The notes under the pieces are model-generated. The model saw only the letters and a program-made list of their open reading frames with translations. It had not been told where the DNA came from and made no database searches. Below are positions 29,938-39,809 of a stretch of 64,000 nucleotides of DNA, piece after piece. Numbering within the stretch: the stretch's first letter is position 1; every line of letters begins with the position of its first letter. The translations under genes were made by a program, and so were the position numbers. Source of the stretch: an uncultured bacterium (lineage in GTDB: Bacteria > Oederibacteriota > JAAXVQ01 > JAUVAV01); the NCBI GenBank assembly GCA_963710755.1, contig CAVQBK010000003.1, forward strand, positions 1,152,001 to 1,216,000, written 5' to 3'.

Positions 29938-31236
29938 ATGGCTAGAGCCATGACTATTGGAGAAAAAATCCTGGCCCATGGGGCCGGGAAAAAGGAAGTC
30001 AAACCCGATGATATTATTCTGGCCAAGGTGGATCTCTGCCTTGGCAACGACATCACGGCGCCCCTGGCTATCCAGGAATTTTACAGTCACGGGGGGAAAA
30101 AGGTGTTCGATCGCCACCGGGTTGTCTTGGTGCCTGATCATTTTACCCCCAATAAGGACATCAAATCAGCGGAGCAAGCCAAAATTTTACGGGAGTTTGC
30201 CAAAGCGCAAAAACTGACCTATTACTGGGATCAGGCTGAATGTGGTGTGGAACATGCTTTGGTACCGGAAAAAGGGGTGGTGGTTTCTGGTGATTTAATG
30301 ATCGGCGCTGATTCCCATACCTGCACCAACGGTGCCCTGGGAGCGTTTGCCACGGGCGTGGGCTCCACCGATCTGGCCGCAGCCATGCTTACCGGCAAAG
30401 CTTGGTTTCGCGTGCCCCATACCATCAAGCTTGTGTTTAAAGGAAGACTTCCCAAAGACGTCACGGCCAAGGATTTAATCCTGGCGGCCATTGGACGGTT
30501 GGGCGTGGATGGGGCCAATTACCGTGTGCTGGAATTCACCGGACCGGTCATCTCCAAACTTTCCATGGAGGGGCGCATGACCATGAGCAATATGGCCATT
30601 GAGGCCGGGGCCAAGGCCGGCATCATGGCGCCCGATGCCATTACCGAAGCCTATATGAAAAACCGGGCCCAGCGCCAACCCCGCTATTTTCAGTCCGATC
30701 CGGACGCGGTTTATGAGCGGGTGGAAGAATTTGATGTGAGCCATATGGAACCCATGGTAGCCAAACCCCACCTGCCCTCCAATGTAGCGCCGGTACGCGG
30801 CTGCAAAAACATTGTGATTGATCAGGTGGTAATCGGTTCCTGCACCAATGGCCGGATTGAAGATTTTCGCGCAGCCGCCAAATTATTAAAGGGCAAGACC
30901 GTGAGTCCGCGGGTGCGTACGCTGATTATTCCCGCCACACCGGCAGTGTGGAAGCAGGCCATGGACGAAGGACTGCTGGAAATATTTATCAATGCCGGTT
31001 GTATTATCTCGCCACCAACCTGCGGGCCTTGCCTGGGAGGCCATATGGGCATTTTAGCCAAAGGAGAAAAGGCGGTGGCCACAACCAATCGTAATTTTGT
31101 GGGCCGCATGGGTCATCCGGGAAGTGAAGTCTATTTGGCCTCGCCGGCCGTGGCTGCAGCCACGGCCATCAAGGGCCGTATTGCCGCACCGGAAGAAGTG
31201 CGCGGGGCGCACTGGAACCAGGGGGTGAAAAAATAA
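29938..31236 (+). CDS. leuC: 3-isopropylmalate dehydratase large subunit
   Basis: GADSHTCT, IGSCTNGR, CGPCLGGH, TNRNFVGRMG. Confidence 0.95.
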   Translation: MARAMTIGEKILAHGAGKKEVKPDDIILAKVDLCLGNDITAPLAIQEFYSHGGKKVFDRHRVVLVPDHFTPNKDIKSAEQAKILREFAKAQKLTYYWDQAECGVEHALVPEKGVVVSGDLMIGADSHTCTNGALGAFATGVGSTDLAAAMLTGKAWFRVPHTIKLVFKGRLPKDVTAKDLILAAIGRLGVDGANYRVLEFTGPVISKLSMEGRMTMSNMAIEAGAKAGIMAPDAITEAYMKNRAQRQPRYFQSDPDAVYERVEEFDVSHMEPMVAKPHLPSNVAPVRGCKNIVIDQVVIGSCTNGRIEDFRAAAKLLKGKTVSPRVRTLIIPATPAVWKQAMDEGLLEIFINAGCIISPPTCGPCLGGHMGILAKGEKAVATTNRNFVGRMGHPGSEVYLASPAVAAATAIKGRIAAPEEVRGAHWNQGVKK

Positions 31237-31733
31237 TGAAGTTCAAAGGCAAACTCTACAAATTCGGTCATGATGTGAACACCGATGAAATTATTCCAGC
31301 CCGATATTTAAATACGTCCAACGCCAAGGAATTGGCGGCCCATGTGATGGAAGACGCTGATCCTACCTTTCCTCAAAAGGTCAAAAAAGGGGATATTTTA
31401 GTGGCCGGCAGGAATTTCGGCTGCGGTTCTTCCCGGGAACATGCCCCTCTGGCCATTAAGACTGCCGGTGTGAGTTGTGTAATTGCGGAAAGCTTTGCTC
31501 GTATTTTTTACCGCAATGCCTTCAACATTGGGCTGCCTATTTTGGAATGTCCGCAAGCCGCCCGGGCTGCCAAAACCGGCGAGCAGCTGGAGGTGGATGC
31601 CGGCCAAGGGTTGATTAAGAATATGACCACCGGAAAATCTTATACCGCGGCACCCATTCCAGCTTTCATGCAGGAACTGGTAGCAGCCGGCGGGTTAATG
31701 AATTATGCCAAAAAGAAATTAGTGAAAAAATAG
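31236..31733 (+). CDS. leuD: 3-isopropylmalate dehydratase small subunit
   Basis: [23 protein letters not shown]. Confidence 0.95.
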   Translation: MKFKGKLYKFGHDVNTDEIIPARYLNTSNAKELAAHVMEDADPTFPQKVKKGDILVAGRNFGCGSSREHAPLAIKTAGVSCVIAESFARIFYRNAFNIGLPILECPQAARAAKTGEQLEVDAGQGLIKNMTTGKSYTAAPIPAFMQELVAAGGLMNYAKKKLVKK

Positions 31734-31884
31734 CTAAACGACCGCTAGATAAAGGTCTTTGATTTTATGACCCGTCCTCCCCAACCGGGGTGGAAAATTA
31801 TGGGGGGCAGCTGCATCCATTGAATAAGCGCCGTTAGGGGTGACCCTGAGGGGGCTATGGCTTAGGCCATGAAGGAGGAATCAC

Positions 31885-32946
31885 ATGAATAAAACGTACA
31901 AAATTGCAACCATTCCCGGGGACGGCACCGGACCTGAGGTGGTGGCGGAAGGTAAAAAAGTCCTGGCTGCTGTTGCCCAAAAGTTCGGCTTCAAACTGGA
32001 CTACGTCGAGTATGATTTGGGTGGCAACCGTTATCTGAAAACCGGAGAACTGGTACCACCAGCGGTATTGGAAGAACTGGCCCAGGTGGATAGTATTTTT
32101 CTGGGTGCGATCGGCCATCCTGATGTCAAACCAGGCCCCTTGGAAACCGGTATCCTCTTGAAAATCCGTTTTCATTTTGATCAATATATCAACCTCCGGC
32201 CGGTTAAGTTGTATCCCAACGTGGCGACACCCTTAAAGGACAAAAAACCAGAAGATATAAATTTTGAAATAATCCGCGAGAATTGCGGAGGTATTTATAC
32301 AGGCGTCGGCGGGTCGGCGCATAAGGGTAAACCGCATGAGTATGCCACACAGGTGATGACTTATTCACGAACGGAAGTAGATCGTTGTCTGCGCTATGCC
32401 TTTGAACGGGCTAGGGCCAAAGACAAGAAAGCCTTGACTTTGGTACATAAAATGAACGTCTTGACCAATGTGGGGGACCTTTGGTTCCGTGCGTTTCATG
32501 AAATGGGTGAAAAGGAATTTCCGGAAGTCGCCCGTGATTATGCCCATGTGGATGCCACCACTATGTGGATGATTAAAAATCCGGAATGGTTTGAAACCAT
32601 GGTTACGGCCAATCTCTTTGGAGACATTATTACCGATCTGGGCGCCATGATTCAAGGCGGCATGGGTATTGCCGCCGGCGGCAATATTAATCCCCAGGGC
32701 GTAAGCATGTTCGAACCCATCGGAGGTTCGGCACCTAAATATACTGGCCAGAAAAAAATCAATCCTATGGCTGCCATTTGCGCCGCCGGCATGATGCTGG
32801 ATCATTTAGGCGAGAAGCAGGCCGGTCAAGCAGTGGAGCAGGCGGTTATTAAAGCGCTGGAATCAGGAAAAATTGTTTCTCTGGCAGCCGGACGCATGGG
32901 TATGAACACGGAAGAAGTAGGAGATTTTATTGCCGGGTTGATTTAA
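31885..32946 (+). CDS. leuB: 3-isopropylmalate dehydrogenase
   Basis: PGDGTGPEV, NLFGDIITD, FEPIGGSAP. Confidence 0.93.
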   Translation: MNKTYKIATIPGDGTGPEVVAEGKKVLAAVAQKFGFKLDYVEYDLGGNRYLKTGELVPPAVLEELAQVDSIFLGAIGHPDVKPGPLETGILLKIRFHFDQYINLRPVKLYPNVATPLKDKKPEDINFEIIRENCGGIYTGVGGSAHKGKPHEYATQVMTYSRTEVDRCLRYAFERARAKDKKALTLVHKMNVLTNVGDLWFRAFHEMGEKEFPEVARDYAHVDATTMWMIKNPEWFETMVTANLFGDIITDLGAMIQGGMGIAAGGNINPQGVSMFEPIGGSAPKYTGQKKINPMAAICAAGMMLDHLGEKQAGQAVEQAVIKALESGKIVSLAAGRMGMNTEEVGDFIAGLI

Positions 32947-33121
32947 CAGCGACGCCTCCTGGGCGCTTTTTGAAAGCATCCCGGGGGCATTATCAATAAT
33001 TTGTTTCGCAGCAAGCTGCGAAACATTAAGGGATCCCTTGCCCCTATCGTTCTGTCTAAAGGGCAAGGGGAAGCTGAATCCCCGGGGCAAGTCGCGGGGT
33101 AGCGTTGACTTAATGAAATGA

Positions 33122-33667
33122 TTAGAAAGTCCAGCTTACCAGCCAACGCCAGGCATGGGGGTCTTTATCCTCATGAATGACCTGGCAGGATTTAACGCCC
33201 ACCAACTCTGTGATTTTAAGTATGTGGCCACAAACCACGTAGCGCGTAGCCGCAGGCAATACCGGAAGGTCTTCCACCGTGAATTCAATATGGCCCTCAC
33301 GGTAATTTTGGTAGGAGGGTTTTCCGGTATCATGGTGGACTTGCCATATAACCGGCCAGCGTTTAATCACAAATTCCATTTTGGGAATACGGAGAAAAAT
33401 TTTATACACGCCGCTATAGGTGGCTTCGGCAATTAATTTACCCAGCAGGATGTAGCGCTCCGGGTGGCCGGGAAAAATAACATCCGCGCAGGCCTCATAA
33501 AACTGTCCCTGCAATTGTTCCGGTGTCCACGTCGTGGTGACGGCAGTTAAATAAATTTTTTGCAACTCTGGCGTGAGCCGTTCCAGCAGCAGGCGTTCTT
33601 TTTCCGGAGGCTGCTTTTTAAAATAATTCCTTAAATTAACAATGCTGGTTCCTTTAATATTGGGCAT
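33122..33667 (-). CDS. hypothetical protein (possible V4R/H-NOX-like ligand-binding fold)
   Basis: RBS-supported ORF; 'IKGT' start, W-x-P, 'IW..HHDTG' and terminal 'W.VSW' pattern; family uncertain. Confidence 0.6.
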   Translation of the reverse strand: MPNIKGTSIVNLRNYFKKQPPEKERLLLERLTPELQKIYLTAVTTTWTPEQLQGQFYEACADVIFPGHPERYILLGKLIAEATYSGVYKIFLRIPKMEFVIKRWPVIWQVHHDTGKPSYQNYREGHIEFTVEDLPVLPAATRYVVCGHILKITELVGVKSCQVIHEDKDPHAWRWLVSWTF

Positions 33668-33765
33668 GGTCTCATCTCCAGATGGGATTATAGGCATTAT
33701 CGGAAGGGCGAAAAAAAACCTTAGCGGTCATCGGGCTAGACGATGGCTCTGATTGGCAAAGGAGA

Positions 33766-34557
33766 ATGGCAGTGGAGTCTTTTCGAACTTACGGGCATGC
33801 ACCTTTTCAGGTGGCGGTTGTTCATGGCGGACCGGGCGCGCCCGGCTCCATGGCGCCGGTGGCCCGGAGACTGTCGGGCAGGATGGGGGTAATGGAACCA
33901 TTTCAAACCGCCATGACACTGAAAGGACAAATGGCAGAATTGGCGCAACAGCTCAGCGATCATTTGGCTGGCCCGGCCATTCTGGTTGGCCACTCCTGGG
34001 GGGCTATGCTGAGCTACCTGGTCAGCGCCCGCTATCCCCGCTTGGTGAAAAAACTGATTATGATCAGCAGTGGTATGATGGACGAAGCCAGCGCTGATCA
34101 GTTGCTGTCAACGCGTTTGAGCCGCCTTGCCCAAGCAGACCGGAATGCTTTTTTAGATCTGGTGGAACAACTGCACCGTCCCACGGGGACGGTTAAAGAC
34201 CATCTTATGGGTCAACTTGGAGCCTTGTGCGTGAAGGCTGATTCGTTGGCGCCCCTGAGCCTGGATACAGGTGGATTAAAATGTGATTATGAGCAATTTA
34301 GCCGGGTGTGGCCGGAAATGGAAAAAATCCGGCATTCCGGGGAATTGTTAAGTATTGGAAGTCACATTCAGTGCCCGGTAGTGGCCCTGCACGGGGATTA
34401 TGATCCTCATCCCGCTCAAAAGGTAAAGGAGCCCCTCGGTTCGGTGATTCGTGATTTTGAATTTATTCTGCTGAGTCAGTGTGGTCATTGGCCCTGGCTG
34501 GAAAAGGAAGCCCAGGAAGGCTTCTTTAAACACTTGGAGATGGCGCTTAAAACCTGA
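33766..34557 (+). CDS. alpha/beta hydrolase
   Basis: HGGPG, GHSWG nucleophile elbow, HGDYD, CGHWPW. Confidence 0.92.
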   Translation: MAVESFRTYGHAPFQVAVVHGGPGAPGSMAPVARRLSGRMGVMEPFQTAMTLKGQMAELAQQLSDHLAGPAILVGHSWGAMLSYLVSARYPRLVKKLIMISSGMMDEASADQLLSTRLSRLAQADRNAFLDLVEQLHRPTGTVKDHLMGQLGALCVKADSLAPLSLDTGGLKCDYEQFSRVWPEMEKIRHSGELLSIGSHIQCPVVALHGDYDPHPAQKVKEPLGSVIRDFEFILLSQCGHWPWLEKEAQEGFFKHLEMALKT

Positions 34558-34671
34558 TGTCCTGGCCAGCATAGACCTAGGGGACCAGGAATTGGTTACG
34601 GCCATGCCAAACTCCTGTAATTGGGGTCTGAAAAGAGGCTGAAAAAAAGTTGATAAAAAGAATAAGTTTGT

Positions 34672-34700
34672 TTGACAAGAAGTTGAAGAAATGCTATCTT
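34672..34700 (+). promoter_or_regulatory. sigma70-type promoter of the cold-shock gene
   Basis: TTGACA-17 nt-TATCTT with extended -10 TG. Confidence 0.7.
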
Positions 34701-34766
34701 TTTATATCAACTTAGGTTTGTAATAACCAAGTGATTTTATGAAAAAGATTAGGAGAACAAAAATTA

Positions 34767-34973
34767 ATGGCAATTCAAGGTAAAGTAAAATGGTTTAATG
34801 GTACTAAAGGATTCGGGTTCTTGGAACAAGAAAATGGCAAAGACGTTTTTGTGCATTTCTCGGCAATCCAAGGGGATGGCTTCCGCACGTTGGAAGAAGG
34901 CCAAGCAGTAGAATTCGACATCGTTGATGGACCAAAAGGACCGCAAGCCGCCAACGTTGTAAAAATCGGCTAA
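34767..34973 (+). CDS. cold-shock protein (CspA family)
   Basis: [28 protein letters not shown]. Confidence 0.97.
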   Translation: MAIQGKVKWFNGTKGFGFLEQENGKDVFVHFSAIQGDGFRTLEEGQAVEFDIVDGPKGPQAANVVKIG

Positions 34974-35007
34974 TTCGACAATTTTCTGACCATAACTCAA
35001 AAATAGC

Positions 35008-35037
35008 AAACGGCCCCTTCGGGGGCCGTTTTTTTTT
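35008..35037 (+). terminator. Rho-independent terminator
   Basis: AAACGGCCCC-TTCG-GGGGCCG followed by T9. Confidence 0.92.
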
Positions 35038-35269
35038 GACTAAAAAATAATTGTATTTAAAATCAAAATTGTGTAGATTAGCCAGCTAATCATGCTTTTA
35101 AAGGTTGGAAACAAAAGCGACAAAACTTTAAAATTTAAATTATTCGGCGGCAAAGGGATGCGCAATTGATAGGAGAGAAAGAAACGGTCAAGATCCCTTT
35201 CATCGCTTAGGGGAAAGGGTCGGCGGCAAGCGCCGGGGAATTCTGAGAATTGATTAAGGAGTTGGCATT

Positions 35270-36289
35270 ATGGCAAAGAAATATCGGGTTGGCATTATGG
35301 GGGCGACCGGTGCTGTGGGATCAGTCATGCTCAAAGTATTGGAGGAAAGGAAATTTCCCATTGCGGAGTTACGTCCTTTGGCCTCGGTACGTTCGGCCGG
35401 AAAAAAACTGATTTTTAACGGACAGGAACATGAGGTCTTGGAAATGACGGCTCAGTCATTTCAGGGCTTGGATATCGTGCTGGCCTCTGCCGGGGGTGCG
35501 GTATCCAAACAATATGCACCGGCAGTCACAGCGGCCGGGGCGGTAATGATTGACAACACCAGTGCTTTTCGTATGGATCCCCAGGTGCCCTTGGTCGTGC
35601 CGGAGGTCAATCCGGAGGACGCCTATCAGCACCAAGGGTTGATTGCCAATCCCAATTGTACCACGATCATTATGCTGACCGCCCTCAAACCCCTACATGA
35701 CGCGGCCAAAATCAAACGTATTATCTGCAGTTCCTACCAGGCTGTATCGGGCAGTGGCGTGGCGGCCATGAAGGAATTGGAACGCCAAGTCAAACAATTT
35801 GCAGCCGGTGAATCCATAACGGTGGAGACTTATCCCTATCAAATTGCCTTTAATGTCTTGCCGCAAGTGGATGTTTTCCAAGACAATGGTTATACGCGGG
35901 AAGAAATGAAAATGGTCAATGAAACCAGAAAGATGCTCCACGACGACACCATCATGGTCTCAGCTACCTGTGTGCGGGTGCCTGTGTTCACTTCCCATGC
36001 GGAAAGCCTGCAAATCGAAACGGAGAAGAAATTAACCGCTGATGAGGCTCGTGCCTTGTTGGCTCAGGCACCGGGCGTCAAGGTGGTGGATGACCCCTTG
36101 CAATTGAAATATCCCATGCCTCTGGAGACTTCCAATCAGGATGATGTTTGGGTGGGCCGTATCCGGGAGGATCTCTCCCATCCCCATGGGCTGGCCTTAT
36201 GGGTAGCTGGTGACCAGTTACGTAAAGGCGCAGCCACCAATGCCGTTCAAATCGCGGAATTATTGATTAAAAAAGGCGCTTTGGCTTAG
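35270..36289 (+). CDS. asd: aspartate-semialdehyde dehydrogenase
   Basis: GATGAVG, ANPNCTT, YQAVSGSG, DQLRKGAATNAVQ. Confidence 0.97.
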   Translation: MAKKYRVGIMGATGAVGSVMLKVLEERKFPIAELRPLASVRSAGKKLIFNGQEHEVLEMTAQSFQGLDIVLASAGGAVSKQYAPAVTAAGAVMIDNTSAFRMDPQVPLVVPEVNPEDAYQHQGLIANPNCTTIIMLTALKPLHDAAKIKRIICSSYQAVSGSGVAAMKELERQVKQFAAGESITVETYPYQIAFNVLPQVDVFQDNGYTREEMKMVNETRKMLHDDTIMVSATCVRVPVFTSHAESLQIETEKKLTADEARALLAQAPGVKVVDDPLQLKYPMPLETSNQDDVWVGRIREDLSHPHGLALWVAGDQLRKGAATNAVQIAELLIKKGALA

Positions 36290-36417
36290 GCCGGCAAAGC
36301 CGCCCAGAAAGCAAAAGAAACTGATACTGAATAAGGGGTTGACCTTCAATGGTTTAAATCTTTCCTAACGTCTTTGCGGCTTGGCGTGAGGAAATTATTT
36401 TAATAGAGACACAGAAT

Positions 36418-37344
36418 CTAAGCGAGGGAAGACTTGATCATCACCACTTGCACAGTGGTGCCTTGCTCGGGGCTGCTTTGGATTGAAAATTGGCCCCGAT
36501 TGCGGGCGACAAACTCCTTGGTGATCTGCAGCCCGATGCCGGCGCCTGATTCCTTGGCAGTGCCAGGCCGGCTGGAAAAATGGCTGGTGGCCAAGAGGGT
36601 TTTTAAATGATGGGGATGAACGCCCACGCCGTGATCGATGATGGACAGGATTACCGTGTTTTTGTTTTCCTGCGCCCGGATTTGGATGGACGCCTTGGGG
36701 TGGGAATATTTAACGGCATTAAACAACAAATTTCGGATAACCGATTTAAGCATGGTGGTATCGAAAGATACCACGAAATTACGGTTAATATCCACTTCAC
36801 AGGTCACGCCTTTCTGACGCATTTGATCCTGCAGCAGGAGGACATTTTCCTCCACCACTTCACTTAATACCAAGGGTACAGGATGGAAAGCGATATTGTT
36901 CATTTGGGACTGAGCCCAATTAAGCAAGTTGTCAATAATATGGTAACATTGCTTGCTGGAATAATATATGGTACAGGCCAGTTCATATTTATCTTCCTGG
37001 GATAAATTATCAAAAGCGGTCTGCAGCACATTGGAATTGGCCACTATGGTACTAAAGAGTTTTTTTAAATCATGGGATATAATGGAGAATAGTTTCGCTT
37101 TCTCCCAGTTGGCGATTTCAATCTTGATAACGTTTTTATGAACAATCCTGGCCACAATTCCTGCCAGCAATAGGACAAAAAAGGATTCCAACAGGGCTTC
37201 GGCAAATCCGGGAGAAGTGGCAGGTGCATGAAATAAGATCCGGGGAAGGTCGATAAATTCATCTAACCAAATGACCAGGATAACAACGGCGAAGCCCATA
37301 AGTATGGTTACAAATACATGGTGATGGGAACCCCTGGAAGCCAT
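36418..37344 (-). CDS. membrane sensor histidine kinase (orphan)
   Basis: Two TM helices, H-box 'SIISHDLK', N-box 'NLLFNAVKYS', DHGVG, GAGIGL, GT; AAGGAGG RBS. Confidence 0.9.
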   Translation of the reverse strand: MASRGSHHHVFVTILMGFAVVILVIWLDEFIDLPRILFHAPATSPGFAEALLESFFVLLLAGIVARIVHKNVIKIEIANWEKAKLFSIISHDLKKLFSTIVANSNVLQTAFDNLSQEDKYELACTIYYSSKQCYHIIDNLLNWAQSQMNNIAFHPVPLVLSEVVEENVLLLQDQMRQKGVTCEVDINRNFVVSFDTTMLKSVIRNLLFNAVKYSHPKASIQIRAQENKNTVILSIIDHGVGVHPHHLKTLLATSHFSSRPGTAKESGAGIGLQITKEFVARNRGQFSIQSSPEQGTTVQVVMIKSSLA

Positions 37345-37469
37345 GACGTGATCCTCCTTGAATAGCACGCTGACAATATAAACAGCACTTATTATATAAA
37401 GTTTCCGTTCTTTGAGCCAATTTAATTATGCAATAGAGGATTAAAGAAAGAAGGAAGGAAGCGTGGCAA

Positions 37470-38264
37470 ATGACAGTGAATGAAACCAAGGTCAATCGCT
37501 ATGCATTGACACTGGAATATAATGGCCTGGCTTTCGCCGGTTTTCAACTCCAGCCCAATGCTTATACGGTTCAGCAAGCCCTGGAAGAAGTAGTGCTGGA
37601 ACGGTTTCGGGAAGAACGCCGGGTGGCTTGCGCCAGCCGTACGGATGCCGGCGTGCATGCCCGTGGTCAGGTGGCTATCGTAGACCTGGCCCGTCCGCTG
37701 GCTCCGCAGCGGCTCATGGGGGCGCTCAATGACACCTTGCCCAAGACGGTCAGGGTGGTGAACTGCCGCCGTGTGTCTCTGGATTGGGTTCCCCGCTACC
37801 GGGCTAAATATAAAATCTATAGCTATCTTATTTTTAACCGTCCGGTGACTTCTTTTTTTTGGGAAGGCAGGGCCTTCCAAGTCATGCAACCTTTGGATGT
37901 AGATAAGATGCGAAAAGCCATGGGCTATTTAATTGGGCGCCATGATTTTGCTTGTTTTCAATCATCGGGCTGCCAAGCCAAGCATACGGTCAGGGAACTC
38001 CACGCCATTACCATCAGCCGGAAAGGCCCGCTCATTACCTTTCGCTTACAAGGTAATGCTTTCTTATATCATATGGTGCGCAATATCGTAGGTTCCGCCG
38101 TTCAAGTGGGTAAAGGTAAGTGGCCCTATACCCATATGAAGCAGGTTTTAAAAAGTCGTGACCGCACCCAGGCGGGTCCAACAGCCCCGGCCTATGGTCT
38201 TTACCTTGAGAAAATCGTTTTTGGGAGAAAAAACAGCAAACCAGTGCTTCAGAATGGGGCCTGA
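37470..38264 (+). CDS. truA: tRNA pseudouridine(38-40) synthase
   Basis: SRTDAGVHA, FLYHMVRNIVG, TAPAYGLYL. Confidence 0.96.
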   Translation: MTVNETKVNRYALTLEYNGLAFAGFQLQPNAYTVQQALEEVVLERFREERRVACASRTDAGVHARGQVAIVDLARPLAPQRLMGALNDTLPKTVRVVNCRRVSLDWVPRYRAKYKIYSYLIFNRPVTSFFWEGRAFQVMQPLDVDKMRKAMGYLIGRHDFACFQSSGCQAKHTVRELHAITISRKGPLITFRLQGNAFLYHMVRNIVGSAVQVGKGKWPYTHMKQVLKSRDRTQAGPTAPAYGLYLEKIVFGRKNSKPVLQNGA

Positions 38265-38282
38265 CGATTCGATAATCAAAGC

Positions 38283-39401
38283 ATGATACAAGTGGCCATG
38301 TCTTCATATCTATCATCGCCGCCATCCTCAGGGAGGGGATTGGACAGTGATATCGCCAAAACCCTGATCCGTAAGCATCTGGCCCTGAATTTAGGGCATC
38401 AAGGCGTGATGAATGCCAAATTGAATTTGGCGGTCTTGATCAATGCCTTGCTCCAGGTCTCGCGGGAAAATGGGTTTATAAAATATGATGCCTTTGATAA
38501 AACCATCCAGGTCAAAGCTTTTGACCATTCCCCGGTGATCTATCAATACAATCCTTATCGCGATCCTGCTAATCGTCGGGCTGAGGGTCAGCCGGTCTCT
38601 AAAAAGCCAGGACGCAAAACTGATTTTTTGGCTTGGGAAACATTTCCGGAAAATGAACACTATCTTATCTGGCAGGCGCCCAGCCGCATGCACTACGGCA
38701 TTTTAGTGCAGCCAGCGCCTATCGTGCCGGGTCATCTGATTATTGCCTCGCTTACCAGAAATCATGATACCCAACAGCATTTTCCCCAACAAATGCCGCT
38801 TAATTTGTTTAAGGATATGCATGTGCTTCGATCAGAATTGGCCAAAATTGGATATGTTATGGGCTACAATCCTTGGGGGGGCGGCGCCTCGGTTGATCAC
38901 TTTCATGTCCAGGCAGTGCCGGCGATGTATTTGCCGCTGGTTGGCCTATTGGATCAAAACAAAATAAGCGGCAGTTATCAAGGGCATGATCAGCAGGGTG
39001 TTTCCATTGAGGTTATTGACAATGAAGATGATGGTTCGGAAAACCGCTATCCTGCCAATGCGCTGGTGATGCGTTCCAATTTTAAAGAATTGCTTTATGA
39101 ACGCAAAAAACAACTGCTTGATTATTTAAACCGCGAAAAAATATTGTGTAATATATTGAGTTGGCAGCAAACCTCCGGAATGGCCGTGGATGTATTTCTT
39201 CCCCGGGGAGAGGAGTCGGTGATGGATCATGCTTTTAATGCCGGCTATGTGGAAATGGCCGGCATGTTGGTTATCCCTTATAAAGCTTTGTTTGACAGTA
39301 TTAATGATCCCAAGAGCGGAGAAGAGGCCTTGCGTCAGGCTTCCTATCCAAAAAAAGATTTTTCCAAATTAGTCAAAATTATTAAGATGTTTTTCCGGTG
39401 A
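38283..39401 (+). CDS. HIT-superfamily HxHxQ nucleotidyl transferase/phosphorylase (GDP-sugar phosphorylase/DUF4922-like)
   Basis: 'QYNPYR', 'P.PIVPGHL', 'HFPQ', 'GYNPWGGGASVDHFHVQ', 'EMAG' motifs. Confidence 0.7.
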   Translation: MIQVAMSSYLSSPPSSGRGLDSDIAKTLIRKHLALNLGHQGVMNAKLNLAVLINALLQVSRENGFIKYDAFDKTIQVKAFDHSPVIYQYNPYRDPANRRAEGQPVSKKPGRKTDFLAWETFPENEHYLIWQAPSRMHYGILVQPAPIVPGHLIIASLTRNHDTQQHFPQQMPLNLFKDMHVLRSELAKIGYVMGYNPWGGGASVDHFHVQAVPAMYLPLVGLLDQNKISGSYQGHDQQGVSIEVIDNEDDGSENRYPANALVMRSNFKELLYERKKQLLDYLNREKILCNILSWQQTSGMAVDVFLPRGEESVMDHAFNAGYVEMAGMLVIPYKALFDSINDPKSGEEALRQASYPKKDFSKLVKIIKMFFR

Positions 39402-39809
39402 CCTATTCTTTCGACATTAACAGCCAATTACCTGTCCGATCAATACAACTGCTGATCGCAATGCACCATATATTGTGCCGCGCCCATTAAGGACCTGCAA
39501 ACATAAGAATACTTAAAAATAACCTTGTTTTTTACTGGCGACCAATATCCTCAAGATTTTTAAAAAGAAGGATATCCTGGTTTTTGGTCAAAAAAGTTAT
39601 TGCTCAGTTTTTTCCTAATCCAATCAAAACATATAATTAATGGCCACCTCATTTTAACTTAATTGGCAAACCGCATAATTCGCTCGTTTTTAAAAAATAA
39701 TCAAGTTTTACCAATCATGGTTTAAACAACCTGTCCGCTCGCCTTCTACTGCAAGCACGGCGTTCACCATAATCATGCAGCAGCTGTTTGAAAAGGAGCA
39801 AAAGCATCA

